From: Octopus vulgaris
Lineage: Eukaryota
Reading direction: 5' to 3'
Assembly (NCBI GenBank): GCA_951406725.2
Contig: OX597814.1
Coordinates: 4,278,001-4,342,000, forward strand
DNA: 64,000 nucleotides
Position 1 is the stretch's first letter, and every line of letters begins with the position of its first letter. The notes below the pieces were generated by a model, which worked only from the letters and a program-made list of their open reading frames with translations, was not told where the DNA came from and ran no database searches. Of this stretch, positions 52,180-64,000 are shown piece after piece. The position numbers and the translations under genes are program-made.

Positions 52180-52262
52180 ACCTCTGAAGAGCACAGAGTT
52201 ACTTAATCAGACTGTTACCCAACATTCCATTGAATTCCTAGTATGAAACCATTTGGTAAGAT
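52180..52262 (+). ncRNA. Decayed type I hammerhead
   Basis: ACCT-CTGAAGA-GCAC(long loop)GTAT-GAA-ACCA(TT)TGGT-A-AGAT; core intact, GUA cleavage triplet. Confidence 0.55.
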
Positions 52263-52469
52263 CAGCCGTAATGGACATGTTGTGTTGTCCGGAAAGTTCA
52301 TGATGATTTTTGAGGGATATTAAAGACAAAGCAAAATTATGCCGTTTAATATTTATTTATTTAACTTAATATGAACCATTTTGTTGCACAACCCTTCTCC
52401 ATCTTTCCTTCAACTTAAAGATTCTGTATTCCCAGAATTTCGGTGGTTTCTTGGCAAAGAACCCATTAA

Positions 52470-52688
52470 CCCTTTAGTATTTAAACCGGCCATATCCGGC
52501 CAAAATATTTAATCTGTTTTATGTTCAAACTGACCAGATCCAGGCTCTCACACCTACCCTACAATGTTATTCTACATTAAGTAATTACACCATCAAGATC
52601 TTGAAGATATGAGATAATGCATGATTAATTCAAATCAATGGGAATCAATAGGCATTATGTTTGATAGAATAATCTGAACACTAAAGGG
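52470..52688. mobile_element. piggyBac-type MITE
   Basis: TTAA TSD; termini CCCTTTAGT / ACTAAAGGG. Confidence 0.85.
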
Positions 52689-53493
52689 TTAAGGTGGTTT
52701 TGTATGTCCTCCAAAGAATTAAAATTTTTACCATTGACATTATTTTGCAAGGACATGAATAAATGGAAATCCGAAGGAGCAATGTCTGGTGAATGTGGCA
52801 GGTGGGGGTACCACATCCCAGTCAAGCTGCAACAATTTTTGACAGGTTGTCAAAGAAACATGAGGTTTGGAATTATCCTGATGGAAGACAACACTTTTCC
52901 TGTTCACCATTCCTGGACGTTTTTCTTGAATTGCTGCCTTTAAAGTCACTCAGTTGCGAGCAGTACTTCTCAGAATTGACTGGTTACATGGCAGAAGCTC
53001 ATAGTACAGGATTCCTTTCCGATCCCACCAGATGCAAAGCATGACTTTCTGAGGATGAAGACCCGCTTTTGAGGTGGCTAAAGGAGGCTCATGTTGCTTA
53101 CCCCATGATCTTTTTCACTGAACATTGCTGTAAATGGTCCATTTCTCATCACCTATCACAATTTGCTTCAAAAAGGATTCCATTGCGTTTATACAGCAAA
53201 TCTCAAATAGAAATGCAATCCAAAAGATTCCACTCAGATCATAGGTTACCTAAACATCGTAGCGATTTACGTACCCAAGCTTTACTAAGTGCTCATGGAG
53301 GGTGGATTTTGATAAATTTAGGTGTTCTGCCAAATCCTGCATTGTATAATGTGGGTTATTCTCAATCAATGTTTTGATTTGGTTGTCATCTGAAGGTGGG
53401 TGGGGCAGTCAACCTGAGCATTCTTCATCAATAAGGCTACAATCACCAACTCTAAATTTAGTAAACCACTTCCGTCCAGTTCTGTCATCTAAA

Positions 53494-54141
53494 GTACCAT
53501 CACCATACACAGCACACCTGTACCATCACCATACACAGCACACCTGTACCATCACCATACACAGTACACCTGTACCATCACCATACACAGCACACCTGTA
53601 CCATCACCATACACAGCACACTTGTACCATCACCATACACAGCACACCTGTACCATCACCATACACAGCACACCTGTACCATCACCATACACAGCACACC
53701 TGTACCATCACCATACACAGCACACATGTACCATCACCATACACAGCACACCTGTACCATCACCATACACAGCACACCTGTACCATCACCATACACAGCA
53801 CACCTGTACCATCACCATACACAGCACACCTGTACCATCACCATACACAGCACACCTGTACCATCACCATACACAGCACACCTGTACCATCACCATACAC
53901 AGCACACCTGTACCATCACCATACACAGCACACCTGTACCATCACCATACACAGCACACCTGTACCATCACCATACACAGCACACCTGTACCATCACCAT
54001 ACACAGCACACCTGTACCATCACCATACACAGCACACCTGTACCATCACCATACACAGCACACCTGTACCATCACCATACACAGCACACCTGTACCATCA
54101 CCATACACAGCACACCTGTACCATCACCATACACAGCACAC
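53494..54141. repeat. 26-bp minisatellite (GTACCATCACCATACACAGCACACCT), ~25 copies
   Basis: Directly visible, near-perfect. Confidence 0.97.
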
Positions 54142-54792
54142 ATCCTTTTTGTTGCTTGCAAGGCACTTTTGCTTTTACGGTAATAAAAAAGCACCAAGTG
54201 TTTAAAATGCGCTTTTTAATCTTCTGTTTCCATAGGGACACAAAATTGACATGAATTAAATAATTTAAAATTTTCTTTCTCAAGAGATAGTTTGAAGTGT
54301 GTGCTAACCAGAAATGTAAGCACCATTCGAGTGTGGTCATTGCCAGTGCCGCCTGACTGGCCCCTATGCTGGTGGCACATAAAAAGCACCATTCAAGCGT
54401 GGTCAATGCCAATACCACCTGACTGGCCCTCATGCTGGGGGCACGCAAAAAGGACCCACTCCACTCTTGGAGTGGTTGGTGTTAGGAAGGACATCTGGCT
54501 GTAGAAACTCTGCCAGATCAAGATCGGGGCCTGGTGCAGCCTTTACGGCTTCCCAGACCTCAGTCAAACTGTCCAACCCATGCCAGCATGGAAAGCAGAC
54601 GTTAAACAATGATGATGGTGATGATGAAGATGATGAGGATGCTGCTGATGATGATGATGCTGGTGATGATGATGATGATGATGATGATATGTATCGATAA
54701 ATTTGACGTGTTCTAACGTGTTGGAACATGAACAGCTAAAAATCAGCAGGGACTTGCCGGACAACCCAATATAATACTGTACACCCCGATTA

Positions 54793-54826
<34 letters not shown>

Positions 54827-55829
54827 TTAAAAAGTTTGCTTCCAGGCTACATGGTTCTGGGTTCAGCCCCACCACATGGAACCCTGGGCAAAGGTCTTCC
54901 ATTATAGCCCAGGACAAACCAATGTCTCGTGAGTGGATTTGGTAGATGGGAACTGAGAAAAGCTCATCATATATGTGTGTGTGTTTTTGTGCATGCGTTT
55001 GTCCCCTACTCCTGCTTGACAACTGGTATTGGTTTGTTTATGTCCCTGTAACGTGTCAGTTCAGCAAAAGTAACCATTAGAATAAGTACCAGGGTTTGCA
55101 AGAAAAGCAAGTATTAGGGGGCGGGGTGGGGTTCAATCTGTGCAACTAAAATCTTCCAGTTAGTGCCCCATTATGGTCAAAATCACATGATCTGGGGGTC
55201 TCAGCAATGACGTTGGGGGCAGGAATTTATCTGGCATCAAAAACCAATATGTGAGTTTCTCACATGTTATCTTCCGTAGAATAGTCTGTTCTAACAGAAC
55301 ATCCACATTTAAGTGGCAATCATCATCATCATCATCGTTTAACATCCGCTTTCCATGCTGGCATGGGTTGGACGATTTGACTGAGGACTGGCAAACCAGA
55401 TGGCTGCACCAGGCTCCAATCTTGATCTGACAGAGTTTCTACAGCTGGATGCCCTTCCTAATGCCAACCACTCCGAGAGTGTAGTTGGTGCTTTTACATG
55501 CCACTGGCACGGGGGCCAGTCAGGGAGTACTGGCAATGACCTCGCTCGAATCTTTTTACACATGCCACTTGCACAGGTGCCAGTAAGGCGACGCTGGTAA
55601 CGATCACGCTCGAATGGCGCCCTTTTACGTGCCACTGGCAGGAAGGCCAGATAGCTGCTCTGGCAATGATCATGTCTGGATGGTGCTCATAATACCCTAC
55701 TAGCACGGGGCTCGAGTGCCAGTAAGGTGACGCTGGTAACGATCACGCTCAAATGGTGTCTTTTAAGTGTCACTGGCACGGATGCTGGTTAGGCGCTCTG
55801 TCAATGATCACACACAAATACTCCCTTTA

Positions 55830-56050
55830 AGGCGGTGGGGGGTGGGAGCTGGCAGAAACGTTAGCACACCAGGTGAATTGCTAAACAGTATTTCATCTGT
55901 CTTTATGTTCTGAGTTCAAATTCCACCAATGTCGACTTTGCCTTTCATCCTTACGGGGTAAATATATTAAGTACCAGTTAAGTACAGGGGTCGATCTAAT
56001 CGACTGGCTCCCTCCCCCAAAATTTCGGGCCTTGTGCCTAGAGTAGAAAA
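55830..56050 (+). mobile_element. tRNA-derived SINE family D
   Basis: GAGCTGGCAGAA..GAGTTCAAATTCC boxes; GACTTTGCCTTTCATCC..AAGTACC central domain; a tail fragment also at ~21660-21730 (minus). Confidence 0.7.
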
Positions 56051-56238
56051 GAAGGAATATTCTCTTGGTTGTCATTTTGTCTCTGTCACTAATATACATT
56101 TATTCCTGTTTTATTTCTGTCTTAATTACACTTAATTACACTCATTAATAATAATCTAATTCTGTAAACATCACCAAACGAAAAAAAAACATCATTTTGG
56201 GACAAAAAGTGAGGAAATCAGAAAGAGGGTCAGGCTCT

Positions 56239-56387
56239 TATTTACATTATTTACATTAGACGGATATTTGTCCACATCGTGTTTGTTGTTAACACAACGT
56301 TTCAGCTGATATACCCTCCAGCCTTCTTCAGGTGTCTTGGGGAAATTTCAAACTTGGGTTCTCATTCCTAAGGCATTTGTCAATGTT

Positions 56388-56425
<38 letters not shown>

Positions 56426-56445
56426 TATCATTATTATTATTATTA

Positions 56446-56507
<62 letters not shown>

Positions 56508-56597
56508 TCACTGCTTGGAATAAATTGCAGAATCTTGGGGTTAGTAGCCCGCACTCTTAACCACTGCGCCATATGCCTGTGGGCAATTATGGAGTGA
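56239..56597 (-). mobile_element. tRNA head + (AAT)n(GAT)n + hammerhead-containing tail
   Basis: tRNA-like head 56503-56577, ribozyme 56291-56336, terminal AATGTAAAT x2. Confidence 0.65.
56291..56336 (-). ncRNA. Minimal type I hammerhead ribozyme (Penelope-type)
   Basis: GACAC-CTGAAGA-A-GGCTG(GAGGGTATAT)CAGCT-GAAAC-GTT-GTGTT. Stems I and II pair fully (with G-U); stem III is the palindrome AACGTT. Confidence 0.75.
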
Positions 56598-56774
56598 AGG
56601 CTTGATACTGTTTTTGAATTATATCTCTTGTTATTTTAAAAGATGATTTTAAATAATCCAGTTTTCTTAGAAAATAGAGAGGAACCTATTACAGGAAACA
56701 ATGTGAGATAAATGGAATTTCAAAATACCAATCAAGTCAAAAATAAGTCTCGGGGTCGATTTGCTCGACTAAAG

Positions 56775-57190
56775 GGGCAGGAGTGGCTGTGTGGTAAGTA
56801 GCTTGCTAACCAACCACATGGTTCAGGGTTCAGTCCCACTGCGTAGCATCTTGGGCAAGTGTCTTCTGCTATAGCCCCAGGCCGACCAATGCCTTGTGAG
56901 TGGATTTGGTAGATGGAAACTGAAAGAAGCCTGTCGTATATATGTATATATATATAACTGTGTGTGTATGTTTGTGTGTCTGTGTTTGTCCCCCTAGCAT
57001 TGCTTGACAACCGATGCTGGTGTGTTTATGTCCCCGTTACTTAGCGGTTCGGCAAAAGAGACCGATAGAATAAGTACTGGGCTTACAAAGAATAAGCCCT
57101 GGGGTTGATTTGCTCGACTAAAGGCGGTGCTCCAGCATGGCCACAGTCAAAATGACAGAAACAAGTAAAAGAGTAAAGAGTAAAGAGAGA
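56775..57190 (+). mobile_element. SINE family A
   Basis: Full-length copy. Confidence 0.9.
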
Positions 57191-57407
57191 TCAGAAACAG
57201 ATTTAAACTTAAATTTGCTCATAAACCATCACATATCTATTAAGAAGAATCAATTTGTATAATTAAGGTTTCCTTAATGATCTAAATGAGAAGAATCTAA
57301 CATTAAAAACTGTTAAATTGGTACAGTAACAAAAATCTTAAGAAGGTGAAAACGAGGCACTTAACTTTGAAAATGGGGCACTTAACTGTAATTATGCTAA
57401 TATGAGT

Positions 57408-57496
<89 letters not shown>

Positions 57497-57508
57497 TGTA
57501 TGTATGTA

Positions 57509-57553
<45 letters not shown>

Positions 57554-58210
57554 TCATCATCATCATCATCGTTTAACGTCCGCTTTCCATGCTGGCAAGG
57601 GTTGGACGGTTCAACTGGGGTCTGGGAAGCCCGAAGGCTGCACCAGGCTCCAGTCTGATCTGGCAGTGTTTCTACAGCTGGATGCCCTTCCTAACGCCAA
57701 CCACTCTGAGAGTGTGGTGGGTGCTTTTTATGTGCCACCGGCACAGGTGCCAGATGAAGCTGGCAGCGGCCACGGTCGGATGGTGCTTTTTATGTCCCAC
57801 CGGCACGGATGCCAGTCAGGCGGCACTGGCTACGGTCACGTTCGGATGGTTCTCTTCATCATCATCGTTTAACGTCCACTTTCCCTGCTAACATGGGTCG
57901 GACGATTTGACTGAGGACTGGCAAACCAGATGGCTGCACCAGTCTTTAAATATATTTATTTATATTAAGGGCATTACTATACATAAATGCCTCACGCTAT
58001 TAGGGACTCATAAAGTCAAAACTACCATAATAATGTTTATTGTGGTAGTTATGACTTTAAGAGTCCCTCCTAGCATGAGGCATTTATGTATAGTAATGCC
58101 CTTAATATAAATAAATATATTTAAAGGGAATAAGTAATCAATTTTTCCCTTATGAGGTTTTTCATGCTAACTACTTGATAAATTCTTATAAAGATTTTAT
58201 CCTATTTTAA

Positions 58211-58430
58211 CCCTTTCGTTACTGTATTTATTTTGAAATGCTCTGTGTTTCTTTCAATTATTTTAGATATAACAAAGCATTTAGTAAAATAACTTGGTTA
58301 TCATTCAGCTAGTGTTAGGAACATAAATTGTGACTAAGGTTTGGTGGAAAATTTTAATTCAAAACTTATGAAAACAAGACATTTGTACTCAGAGCCAGAG
58401 CTGGTTTCAGCTGGGTTGGTAATGAAAGGG
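58211..58430. mobile_element. piggyBac-type MITE (second family)
   Basis: TTAA TSD; termini CCCTTTCGTTAC / GTAATGAAAGGG. Confidence 0.85.
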
Positions 58431-58913
58431 TTAAAATTGTATATATATATCATCATCATCATCATCATCATTTAGTGTCTGTTTTCCATGCTAGCATGAT
58501 TGGATGGTTTGACTGGGGAGTGGCAAGCTAGTAGGCTGCACCAGGCTCCAATTATTATTATTATTATTATTGAGTGAGAGCAGTGCATGCCATCAAAGTG
58601 ACACTGGGGTCAAATATACGAAGCCCAGTATACCCATCATGACTTCCCGTCTGATAAGGGTACACTAGGTACATGCATCGCAACTATATGTGCGCGACAT
58701 GGTGATCTCATTTCAAGATAAACAGCACATGACCTTGCAGATGGGGCCCAATTAGAATTTTCTTGTGGTCGAGTAACCCATCCCGCTCAAGATGTCCCTG
58801 AATAAGGGTTGTTTAAGGATGTTGAACGAAACCCCCATGTTTCCAGGGGTGAATTATCCAAACCCCAAAGAATCCCTCTCAACACATGGCTATGATGCTC
58901 CCCCACTATTATT

Positions 58914-58944
<31 letters not shown>

Positions 58945-59150
58945 AAACCAAGAAAGAAAATGGACATAAGATCAATAAAAATTTATCAATACATTCATAG
59001 GACCTATAATTGTTTCAGTTTATCTACTGGGCGCCAGGCAACCTCTGCCAACTGCCGTCCAGGGTACAGCAGGGCAGTGGAGAGTGAACACAACCAGCCA
59101 ATCCCTCTGAGGTTTATATATCCTCACTTGTACTTTAATATATATATGTG

Positions 59151-59388
59151 GGGGCAGGAGTGGTTGTAGGGGCAGGAGTGGTTGTAGGGGCAGGAGTGGC
59201 TGTGTGGTAAGTAGCTTGCTAACCAACCGCATGGTTCTGGGTTCAGACCCACTTTGTGGCATCTTGGGCAAAGTATCTTCTACTGTAGCCTCGGGCCAAC
59301 CAAAACCTTGTGAGTGGATTTGGTAGACGGAAACTGAAAGAAGCCCACCGTATGTATGCGTATGTTTATGTGTGTGTGTGTGTATGTA

Positions 59389-59420
<32 letters not shown>

Positions 59421-59636
59421 TGTGTGTGTTTGTATGTCTGTGTTTGTCCCCCCAACATCGCTTAGCAACCAATGCTGGTGTGTTTACATCTCTGTAACTT
59501 AGCAGTTCAGCAAAAGGGACCAATAGGATAAATACTAGGCTTACAAAGAATAAGTCCTAGGGTCGATTTACTCAACTAAAAGGTGGTGCTCCAGCATGGC
59601 CGCAGTCAAATGACCGAAACAAGTAAAAGAGAGAGA
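59151..59636 (+). mobile_element. SINE family A with triplicated 5' 18 bp
   Basis: GGGGCAGGAGTGG(T/C)TGT three times, then the normal body. Confidence 0.88.
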
Positions 59637-59734
59637 GTATATATAAATATATATATATATATATTGTAAATGATTATCGGTGCCCCAGCATGGCCACAGC
59701 TCGTGAGCTGAAACTAGAATCAATCAATCAATCA

Positions 59735-59792
<58 letters not shown>

Positions 59793-60012
59793 ATTATTAT
59801 ATATATATATATTGTAAATGATTATATATATATATATATATATATGATTGATTGATTGATTGATTCTAGTTTCAGCTCACGAGCTGTGGCCATGCTGGGG
59901 CACTGATAATCATTTACAATATATATATATATATATATTTATATATACTCTCTCTCTTTTACTTGTTTCGGTCATTTGACTGCGGCCATGCTGGAGCACC
60001 ACCTTTAGTTGA
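59572..60012. repeat. Near-perfect inverted duplication (~175-bp arms) around a (TA)n core
   Basis: Arms are reverse complements across SINE tail, TA run, short unique piece and (AATC)n. Confidence 0.9.
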
Positions 60013-60964
60013 ACAAGTTAACCCCGGAACTTATTCTTTGTAAGCCTAGTACTTATTCTGTCCATCACTTTTACCGAACCGCTAAGTTACGGGAATGTAA
60101 ATATAGAATAAGTACTAGGCTTACAAAGAATAAGTTACAGGGTCAATCACAAAAGGCAGTGCTCCAGCATGGCCGCAGTGTATATGTGGATACATGTGTG
60201 TGTATACATATATATGTATATATATATATATAGAGCAGGCTGTTCCGTTGATTCGGAACCCTCATCATCGTAACCGACGGAGTACTTCCATATAGATGTA
60301 TACTTATAGATGTATAGGGGTAGATGTATCAGCAACAACAACAACAACCACCACAGCAACAACAACAACAAGGACCACAGCAGGAACAACTGACCCAGCC
60401 TCAACCTTTAACACTCCTTAATTCAGCCACAATTGATGACCTTCTTAATGAAAGGGTCAACTTTTCAGATTCCAACTGTCAATGAAGAGACCTCCACTAC
60501 AACAAGATGACCAAAGTTTTTTTTTTTTTTTCCAAGGTCTGCGGTCTCCTGCCCTTAAGCCCTAGACCATCACCTAATCACCCTTACGGCTTGTTGCTTA
60601 ACAACAACAAGAATCACAACAACATCAACAATTACAGCTACAACAACCACCTCAAAAACAGCAACCTACACAGCTTCAACCTCCTACCATTCTAATTTGT
60701 GATCAACCAACTAAATGCTTACTTGAAGACCCATAAAGGAATTTGCCAAACACAATGGAAATTTAACCAAATCCTATGACTGGCACCCTGCCAGCCATTG
60801 CCAGTGCTGCTGGACTGACCCCTGTGCAGGTGGCAAGTAAAGAAACACCGTTTTGACCCTGTGCTTGAGGAGATCCATTGAGTCAAGTACATCAACATCA
60901 AAAATCAATGGAAATTGTAGTTGTGAAACCTGTGCTGGTGGCATGTATAAATGTTTTATCATAT

Positions 60965-61002
60965 ACTAGCAGTATCGCCTGGCGTTGCTCGGGTTTGTAA
61001 GG
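60965..61002 (-). mobile_element. Helitron-like 3' terminus (second copy 61545-61586)
   Basis: Minus strand CCCGAGCAACGCCAGG hairpin, 8 nt, then CTAG|T. Confidence 0.6.
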
Positions 61003-61790
61003 GAAATACCTCTCTTTTACTCTTTTAATTGTTTCAGTCATTTGACTCCAACATCAAAAATCAGTGGAAATTGTAGTTGTGACCCCTGTGCCGGTGGCAC
61101 ATAAAAAGCACCATCCGAACGTGGCCGATGCCAGCGTCACCTTGACTGGCTTCCGTGCCGGTGGGACGTGAAAAGCACCAACCGATCGTGGCCGTTGCTA
61201 GCCTCGCCTGGCACGTAAAAAGCACCCACTGCACTCTCGGAGTGGTTGGCATTAGGAAGGGGCATCAAGCTGTAGAAACATTGCCAGGTCAGACTGGAGC
61301 CTGGTGCAGCCTCCTGGCTTCCCAGACCCCGGTCGAACCGTCCAACCCATGCTAGCAAGGAAAACGGACGTTAAACGATGATGATGTTAATTGATGATGA
61401 TGATGATGATGTAAATTAGAGAAAACCCACTATTATGTAATTCAAGCAATGATAGACATAAATCACACCACACATATTTGCTAATTCTGTGCTGTCTATT
61501 TAATATTATGTACTTTTTGTAATCTAGATAAATGTTTTATCATATACTAGGAGCAGTATCGCCTGGCGTTGCTCGGGTTTGTAAGGATCATTGTTTGAAT
61601 TACGTAATAGTGGTTTTTCTTTATTTATATGTGTGTGTGTGTGTGTCTATCTATATATGGCTATGTTTCGTAACACCTCGCAAAGTTGACGGGGATGTAA
61701 ACACACCAGTCATCCGGTTGTCAAGCAATGCTAGAGGGACAAACACAGGACACACAAACATATACATACATGGGCGAAGTTTCGCATGTC

Positions 61791-62678
61791 GTAGCGCAGA
61801 TTTCCGTCGATTTCCGTAAAAAACTTTTATTTTTTTACATAAGTAATGAGAGCGAAAGAGACTAAGAGGAAGCGATTTTATGACGAGAAGGTTTCACTTT
61901 GAAATCGGCCTGTGTGTGTTTGATGGGGTGTGGGAGACAGACAGTATGTTGTGTAAGTGAAGTGCTTCTGTTAGTGTGTGTGAAGAGACAGAGAGAGTAA
62001 TGTGTGAAAGAGAGAGATAACTGATTTTTTACTCGGTGTATGTGTATATGTATGTATGCATGTATGTGTATATGTATGTATGCATGTATCTATCTATGTA
62101 TGTGTGTGTGTGTAAGTATGTGTGTGTGTATGTATGTATGTATGGCCGATTCATCGTAATTTTTTACTCGGTGTATGTGTATATGTATGTCTGCATGTAT
62201 GTGTGTGTGTGTATGTATCTATGTATGTGTGTGTGTGTATGTGTGTGTGTGTATGTATCTATGTATGTGTGTATGTATGTATGTGTGTATGTATGTATGG
62301 TCGATTCAGTGTAATTTTTTACTCGGTGTATGTGTATATGTATGTCTGCATGTATGTGTGTGTGTGTATGTATCTATGTGTGTGTGTGTATGTATGTATG
62401 TGTGTGTGTATGTATCTATGTATGTGTGTGTGTGCATGTATGTATGTATGTACTCGGTGTATGTGTATATGTATGTCTGTCTCTTCGCACACACTAACAG
62501 AAGCACTTCACTTACACAACATACTGTCTGTCTCCCACACCCCATCAAACACACACAGGCCGACTTCAAAGTGAAACCTTCTCGTCGTAAAATCGCTTCC
62601 TCTTAGTCTCTTTCGCTCTCATTACTTATGTAAAAAAATAAAAGTTTTTTACGGAAATCGACGGAAATCTGTGCTACT
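61791..62678. repeat. Inverted repeat with ~200-bp arms enclosing a microsatellite-rich tandem array
   Basis: 61791-61992 vs 62476-62678 are reverse complements with few mismatches; interior has repeated TTTTTTACTCGGTGTATG units. Confidence 0.9.
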
Positions 62679-62735
62679 ATAACCGAAACTATGCCGATCT
62701 ATGAACGAGTATTAGAAATGGACTTGTGTGTGCGT

Positions 62736-62799
<64 letters not shown>

Positions 62800-63144
62800 G
62801 TGAATTAGTGCCACTTATACATGAGAACACACACGTTCACTCTCGCTCTCTCTCTCACACACACACACACACGCACATACAAAAAAGATGTACGCATATG
62901 TATTGATGTATGTACAATTACATGAGAACACACCCCTTCACTCACTCTCTTTCTCTCTCTCTCTCTCTCTCTCACACATACACACACATGCACGCCTCCA
63001 CTTCATATACACGTTCATATTTCACTTTCTCCTCTCTTTCACTTTAAAACGAAAGTAGATAAATAAAATAAAAAATTATGGAAATTATGCAAGTCAAAAC
63101 GAAGGATTGCCCATGCCTATATATATGTACACACATACACACAC

Positions 63145-63179
<35 letters not shown>

Positions 63180-63225
63180 TGTATGTATGTATGTATGTAT
63201 GTATGTATGTATGTATGTATGTGTG

Positions 63226-63259
<34 letters not shown>

Positions 63260-63344
63260 AATTAATAATAAAATATTAGGGAATAAATCCAAACTTACAG
63301 GGAAAAATTTAGGATTAAATCCAATTTTATAATAAAATATTATA

Positions 63345-63557
63345 TTATATTAAATTAGAGATAAAACCACTATTAGGCAAATCATACAATGAAAAACTTA
63401 AGCCAATACATAAAATTAATTGAGTTATATTATTTTAAATATATATCAAAATTATTAATTATCTAGCTAATCTTTAAAATAATATAAATTAATAATCTTA
63501 TGTATTGGCTTAAGTTCATTGTATGATTTGCCTAATAGTGGTTTTATCTCTAATTTA

Positions 63558-63565
<8 letters not shown>
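63345..63565. repeat. AT-rich foldback; single arm also at 49170-49242 and related pair at 61414-61625
   Basis: TAAATTAGAGATAAAACCACTATTAGGCAAAT... and its reverse complement. Confidence 0.8.
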
Positions 63566-63605
<40 letters not shown>

Positions 63606-63778
63606 TATATTAAATTAGAGATAAAATTACGGAGATGTACTTGCATAGCAAGTGATTTGATCTGAGATCGTGTGCTGAAACGAAAACAATTGCAGCGTGG
63701 AAGGTGTTTATAAGCCATTTAAGAAACACACAAAAGCCGTTCGATTCACTTCAACATTTAAGTTTAATTTGTCAAAAT

Positions 63779-63951
<173 letters not shown>

Positions 63952-64000
63952 GCGTGGGTGTGACTGTGTGGTAAGATGCTTGCCTCCTAATCACATAGTC

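Larger units (their letters stand above)
52279..54771 (-). mobile_element. Full-length decayed mariner (mellifera-like) with nested MITE, satellite and RTE tail
   Basis: TIRs TTG(G/T)GTTGTCCGG(A/C)AAGT..TGATTTTT at both ends. ATG 54233; CAVYGD, DEKW, KVMLCIWWD, FHQDNSKPH, SPDIAPSDFHLF. Confidence 0.9.

Noticed and set aside
53374-54254. His/Thr-rich ORFs of 159-269 aa
   Set aside because: Translation of the 26-bp satellite, antisense to a dead mariner.
60400-60780. Possible Penelope N-terminal or Asn/Gln-rich exon
   Set aside because: No convincing motif or splice signals; interrupted by stops and simple repeats.

Overview
Eukaryotic, AT-rich, microsatellite- and transposon-dense DNA. The SINE/LINE repertoire looks like an octopod cephalopod genome (inference). 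One host gene can be reconstructed: a 5-exon RNF166-like RING E3 ligase on the minus strand (ATG 51028, stop 16434; 209 aa; RING, C2HC, two Di19-type zinc fingers, UIM). About 16-17 kb (14535-30796 vs 30897-48179) is repeated either side of a 100-N gap. This is most likely an uncollapsed haplotype overlap, and part of the second copy is a scrambled mosaic lacking exons 2-3. The rest is RTE and CR1-like LINEs, several tRNA-derived SINE families, two mariner families, piggyBac and hAT MITEs, a solo LTR, Helitron ends, Penelope relics, foldbacks and satellites. Best leads: (i) a tRNA-headed element whose tail carries a minimal hammerhead ribozyme, plus several unrelated decayed hammerheads; (ii) a canonical PHD finger inside the RTE reverse transcriptase; (iii) a variable-copy stem-loop array in the RTE 3'UTR. 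All alignments and folds were done by eye and coordinates of repeats are approximate.
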